52,172 nucleotides of DNA from Chitinivibrionales bacterium (lineage in GTDB: Bacteria > Fibrobacterota > Chitinivibrionia > Chitinivibrionales > WJKA01). The stretch covers positions 1-52,172 of the forward strand of contig JBBRUX010000027.1 in assembly GCA_038247415.1 (NCBI GenBank), written 5' to 3'. Each line of letters opens with the position of its first letter. The first letter of the stretch is position 1. Under the pieces are notes generated by a model, which worked only from the letters and a program-made list of their open reading frames with translations, made no database searches and had not been told where the DNA came from. Below are positions 49,701 to 52,172 of the stretch, piece after piece. The position numbers and the translations under genes are program-made.

Positions 49701-51930
49701 CTGCCATCATTGCTGCCCGAGTACAGTATCGTACCGCTGCTTCAGATGCTACGATTTCCCGCGAGTATTCTGCGGCTTTGCAGCATAAATTAATCGCCTT
49801 TCCCAAATCCGATCCGCGCATGGCTGATTCAGCAGCACAAACAACAAATTTTCTTTCTCCTTCCGCAGCTTCGCAAAAAGCCTTAGTCAAGGCGTCGTAA
49901 TAGTGCTTGGCATGCTCATCCGAAATTCTTTTTCGCAGTGCATCCTGCACACCATCCTGCACAAAAACGCAAGATCCATCAAGCCGACTACGCAACAGAC
50001 CAAGTGCTTCCATCTCATTTGCACATGAGCGCGCTGTTGAAACAGGAATCCCACTCGCAGAGGCAATTATTGACGTGATGATAGCACCATCGCATAATGC
50101 CGCATAAGTTAATAGTGTCTTCTTTCCCGAATCGAGCCCATCCATTTTTGTAAGAACGAGTGATGTCGGGTCGAGTTGGCTGGGCATTAAATTCTTCTTG
50201 TTTTCATCAAACCGCCACGTTCCAGCTTCTGGCCGGACTACGTCGTTTTCTGCGAGCCATCGGCACGCTTCGGCAATCGCGAGCGGGCGGTTATCGCTGC
50301 GTCCGTTAAGCGCGGTCGCAAGCAATCGCGCATCATCCCCAATGCCAAACCTGCGAGAAAGAAAATCGATCAACTCATCATGAGAAAAAGGGCGAATTTT
50401 AAATACTCGATTAAATCCCAGTTCGTGAAGATATTGTCCGTGAAGGATTTCTTCCCGATCGAGCTCGGTTCGAAAGCAAGCTAAGAGCATCGATGATGCA
50501 GCTTTGCTCCGTGCTTCCTGGATCGTAGAAAACGAAGCCTGATCTATCCATTGCACATCGTCGACAATGAACGCTATGCGCTTTATGTCAATAATGTTCC
50601 TCATCATATTAGTCAACACCGCAAAGGTACGCTCAAATTCCTTTTCCACTTCGTCTACCGGATCAACCTGGCCAAACAATTCTTTCATCTCGGGGACGGT
50701 CCGGCAGATAACGCCGGAATATGGTTGCAGCCGTTCTTTAATTTGATCCCTAAATGCACGTCCGGATTCCGGATCGCGGGACAGAGCATGCAGCAGCTCA
50801 AGCACAAGATTGCGGATAGCCGAATAGGGTTGGTGGATGGTAAAGCGATTGCATTTAGTGCTTATAAAGATCACATCACTTGCGCCGGCCCGATGCCTGA
50901 ATTCGGTAATGATTTCTGATTTGCCAATTCCTGCAGGGCCCATCACAAGACCGGACCATGAGGCTCCGGCACGAACGCGGGTCAAGCCATTGACCAAGGC
51001 ATCAATTTCTTCACCACGTGCAACAAAGATACGTGTCCGATTCACTGCAATTAAGGCGTCTTGCTTCCCAGCCGTGAAATAGCTCGTATCGGCTGCATCC
51101 ATCAAGCGCAACGATTCACGCAGATCACGGGAAAATCCTGCAGCTGTCTGGTACCTCCCGCTTGGGGTATGCCGAAGGGCCTTGAGCAGGATTGAGTTGA
51201 GCACGCCTGGGATATTTCGTTGAGGGGCGACTTCCTGTTTTAGCACTGCGTCAAGGATATCTGTCATATCATCACTTTTTTGGACAAACGGCAATTTTCC
51301 AACAGCCAGGCGAAACAGCATCATGCCAACACAGAAAAGATCGGTACGTGCATCGATCTTTTGCCTGCTCAGCCCTGTTTGCTCTGGAGAAAGGAAGGGT
51401 GGCGTTCCACGAATATGCCCTTCGGAAAGTCGCTGCGCTTCTTCTTCGGTAAGAGCAAGGCCAAAGTCTAGAATCTGGACATTCTTGTCTTTGTCAACAT
51501 ACACATTGTGTGGATTGAGGTCGCAATGGATGATCCCTCGATTGTGAATGTATTCGAGAGCTTCGATAATTGGAATAATAATTTTTACTGCATCCGCAGG
51601 TGAATAGGTCGTGCCCGATTCAAGAATTGCTGAGAGAGTAGAGCCTTGCCGATACGGGTAAATAATGCCGGGGGCGCTATTTTCGTCGGTGATTGTTGCA
51701 ACAGGGCGGGCAATTGATGGATGATCTAGCGAGGCAACCAGGTTTGTTTCGCGGGCAAAACGTATTTTTCTATCGAGAGTCCGGCGGCCAGTAGATTGTG
51801 GATCACGGAGAATTTTTAAGAGAAACACTTCATCGGTTTCTGCCCGTTTAACCAGATAAACCTCACCATCCTGCCCGGCGGAGAGCAAAGAGGTTTTTTC
51901 GTATTGGAATTGGTTTTCTGGAACAGACAT
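46777..51930 (-). CDS. Hybrid Ser/Thr kinase-AAA ATPase-TPR-GAF-histidine kinase (HstK-like)
   Basis: Kinase HCDLNPHN/DFG/GT..FLSPEQ; Walker A GPAGIGKS and Walker B FIVDD; GAF SVLCVPL; H-box IVHDIKN; N-box NLFNNAAKY; G2 GLGL. ATG 51930 preferred. Confidence 0.88.
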   Translation of the reverse strand: MSVPENQFQYEKTSLLSAGQDGEVYLVKRAETDEVFLLKILRDPQSTGRRTLDRKIRFARETNLVASLDHPSIARPVATITDENSAPGIIYPYRQGSTLSAILESGTTYSPADAVKIIIPIIEALEYIHNRGIIHCDLNPHNVYVDKDKNVQILDFGLALTEEEAQRLSEGHIRGTPPFLSPEQTGLSRQKIDARTDLFCVGMMLFRLAVGKLPFVQKSDDMTDILDAVLKQEVAPQRNIPGVLNSILLKALRHTPSGRYQTAAGFSRDLRESLRLMDAADTSYFTAGKQDALIAVNRTRIFVARGEEIDALVNGLTRVRAGASWSGLVMGPAGIGKSEIITEFRHRAGASDVIFISTKCNRFTIHQPYSAIRNLVLELLHALSRDPESGRAFRDQIKERLQPYSGVICRTVPEMKELFGQVDPVDEVEKEFERTFAVLTNMMRNIIDIKRIAFIVDDVQWIDQASFSTIQEARSKAASSMLLACFRTELDREEILHGQYLHELGFNRVFKIRPFSHDELIDFLSRRFGIGDDARLLATALNGRSDNRPLAIAEACRWLAENDVVRPEAGTWRFDENKKNLMPSQLDPTSLVLTKMDGLDSGKKTLLTYAALCDGAIITSIIASASGIPVSTARSCANEMEALGLLRSRLDGSCVFVQDGVQDALRKRISDEHAKHYYDALTKAFCEAAEGERKFVVCAAESAMRGSDLGKAINLCCKAAEYSREIVASEAAVRYCTRAAMMAASEKGREIVDGKNMAAIRIALGEALILRGRNEQALTVFTELLSVTECAGPEEQANLRYRIGSIRHSMGHFDHSIIELKKALELMKHNFPATKAQLIFQLGSNILLQAAFSLGLRNIFPKQSNPRLRLLVGVYNKLSFSLYFYDMIGCLLANLKAVNLADRLANSFEKTEAYTLHLVPSYQLLLKHRAFHRFSVIRNINAEINRKDADALFQSFVGIVCYFSAEFERSIKMGSAAINAYEAIGDSVGTILNHEHLWRIALMQGNLSSARTSINRTLSLCRQTNEQHFLIATLAAQNYLSVLQGKPVNQQELNEVNNILSRSTSFLTHTHVAAYTNEIDILQNRPLSALKRTGSLLSDMLLKGFNSEYLVCFFVQACEILASEREKRQSGQKELPYSNIKLGLLFKASLLYLGFCTLSYPAHRGAYLRCRALWVALSGRKSKAHRLFDRAVVAHHDLEMRYEEAKSLRDHARFLERWNIPGQARERFNKAYLLFEKCGAHLESSRISGFVDAATINKKGVQDLAPAKPSSALEHSTTFSMDSEIDKIRIDILHELSATLSTAENLDELFNRILLAQMKVTGARFGSLLLEQSDAASQYDLSMDYEGKILPTKELLFAQSILDRVKNGVPILEIESDFADINTAKRQQSVLCVPLMKSGCYLGCVYLVNDAVSGMFTEGSQQFALVLAVQAAILIENARLIARYRGLAENLERTVHGQTKALTEKNHELEKNTVKLLESERIKTILTNMIVHDIKNATMGISGTLQLLMRIQIPEKYHDVIRHANDACADVTGLSVNMLDIARMDEGKFVAKGTPVTVDWLYRTYEKLARNPLFSEKDLIVTCDKTMAPDLFLADEYLLERVLQNLFNNAAKYTPDGGTVVFSACMEQDQTVLSLFTSGAPIPKEFGERIFEKYSRIDEQQSAYSKGLGLFFCRMAMNAHKGKIWVDPASNGNFFRISFPKQSALASASDLPSAQSN

Positions 51931-52060
51931 ACTTGGTGCAATTAAGTGTATAATTGAGAAAAGCAGGATTGCCAATATAGGATTCTAGCATTCGAACAAA
52001 AATTGAACAAGGGAAAAGAGGCGGTATTCAGTTTAGTGCTTTGGTCTAATCAATTCTGGT

Positions 52061-52172
52061 GTTGAATCATAATAATGTTGAATCATAATAATGTTGAATC
52101 ATAATAATGTTGAATCATAATAATGTTGAATCATAATAATGTTGAATCATAATAATGTTGAATCATAATAAT
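52061..52172. repeat. Perfect tandem repeat, 7 copies of GTTGAATCATAATAAT, truncated by the window end
   Basis: 16-bp unit repeated without spacers from 52061 to the last base. Confidence 0.97.

Noticed and set aside
51490..51540. HCDLNPHN (Asn for Lys) as proof of a dead kinase
   Set aside because: Asn at this position occurs in HstK-like hybrid kinases, and the catalytic Asp, Asn and DFG are retained.
52061..52172. CRISPR array (the unit starts with GTT)
   Set aside because: The 16-bp units abut with no spacers, and no cas genes are present.

Overview
Bacterial chromosomal window, mostly Gram-negative envelope and housekeeping genes. It contains lpxB, split rfaE1/rfaE2, manC, PBP1A, a Wzi-like outer-membrane protein, an RND efflux set, and a cluster of eight glycosyltransferases plus an O-antigen ligase/polymerase-like gene. 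Accessory DNA lies at both ends. Secreted proteins with short 'xxDxxG(R/K)' C-terminal tails suggest Fibrobacterota/Chitinivibrionia (inference only). The left end (1-3600) holds two IS remnants, an IS-truncated BRO/antirepressor fragment and a MenAT1-like pair (small ORF plus nucleotidyltransferase) followed by an attC-like site. A decayed cassette-like gene and a DUF4160/DUF2442 toxin-antitoxin module between 94-bp direct repeats come next. The right end holds a second copy of the small partner gene whose nucleotidyltransferase has been destroyed, and an AAA ATPase with a palindromic operator-like site. It also has a 1.7-kaa Ser/Thr kinase-AAA-GAF-His kinase with a compositional mosaic block, and a 16-bp tandem repeat running off the window end. 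No rRNA, tRNA, CRISPR array, integrase or reverse transcriptase was seen. All family calls come from motif recognition by eye, not database searches.
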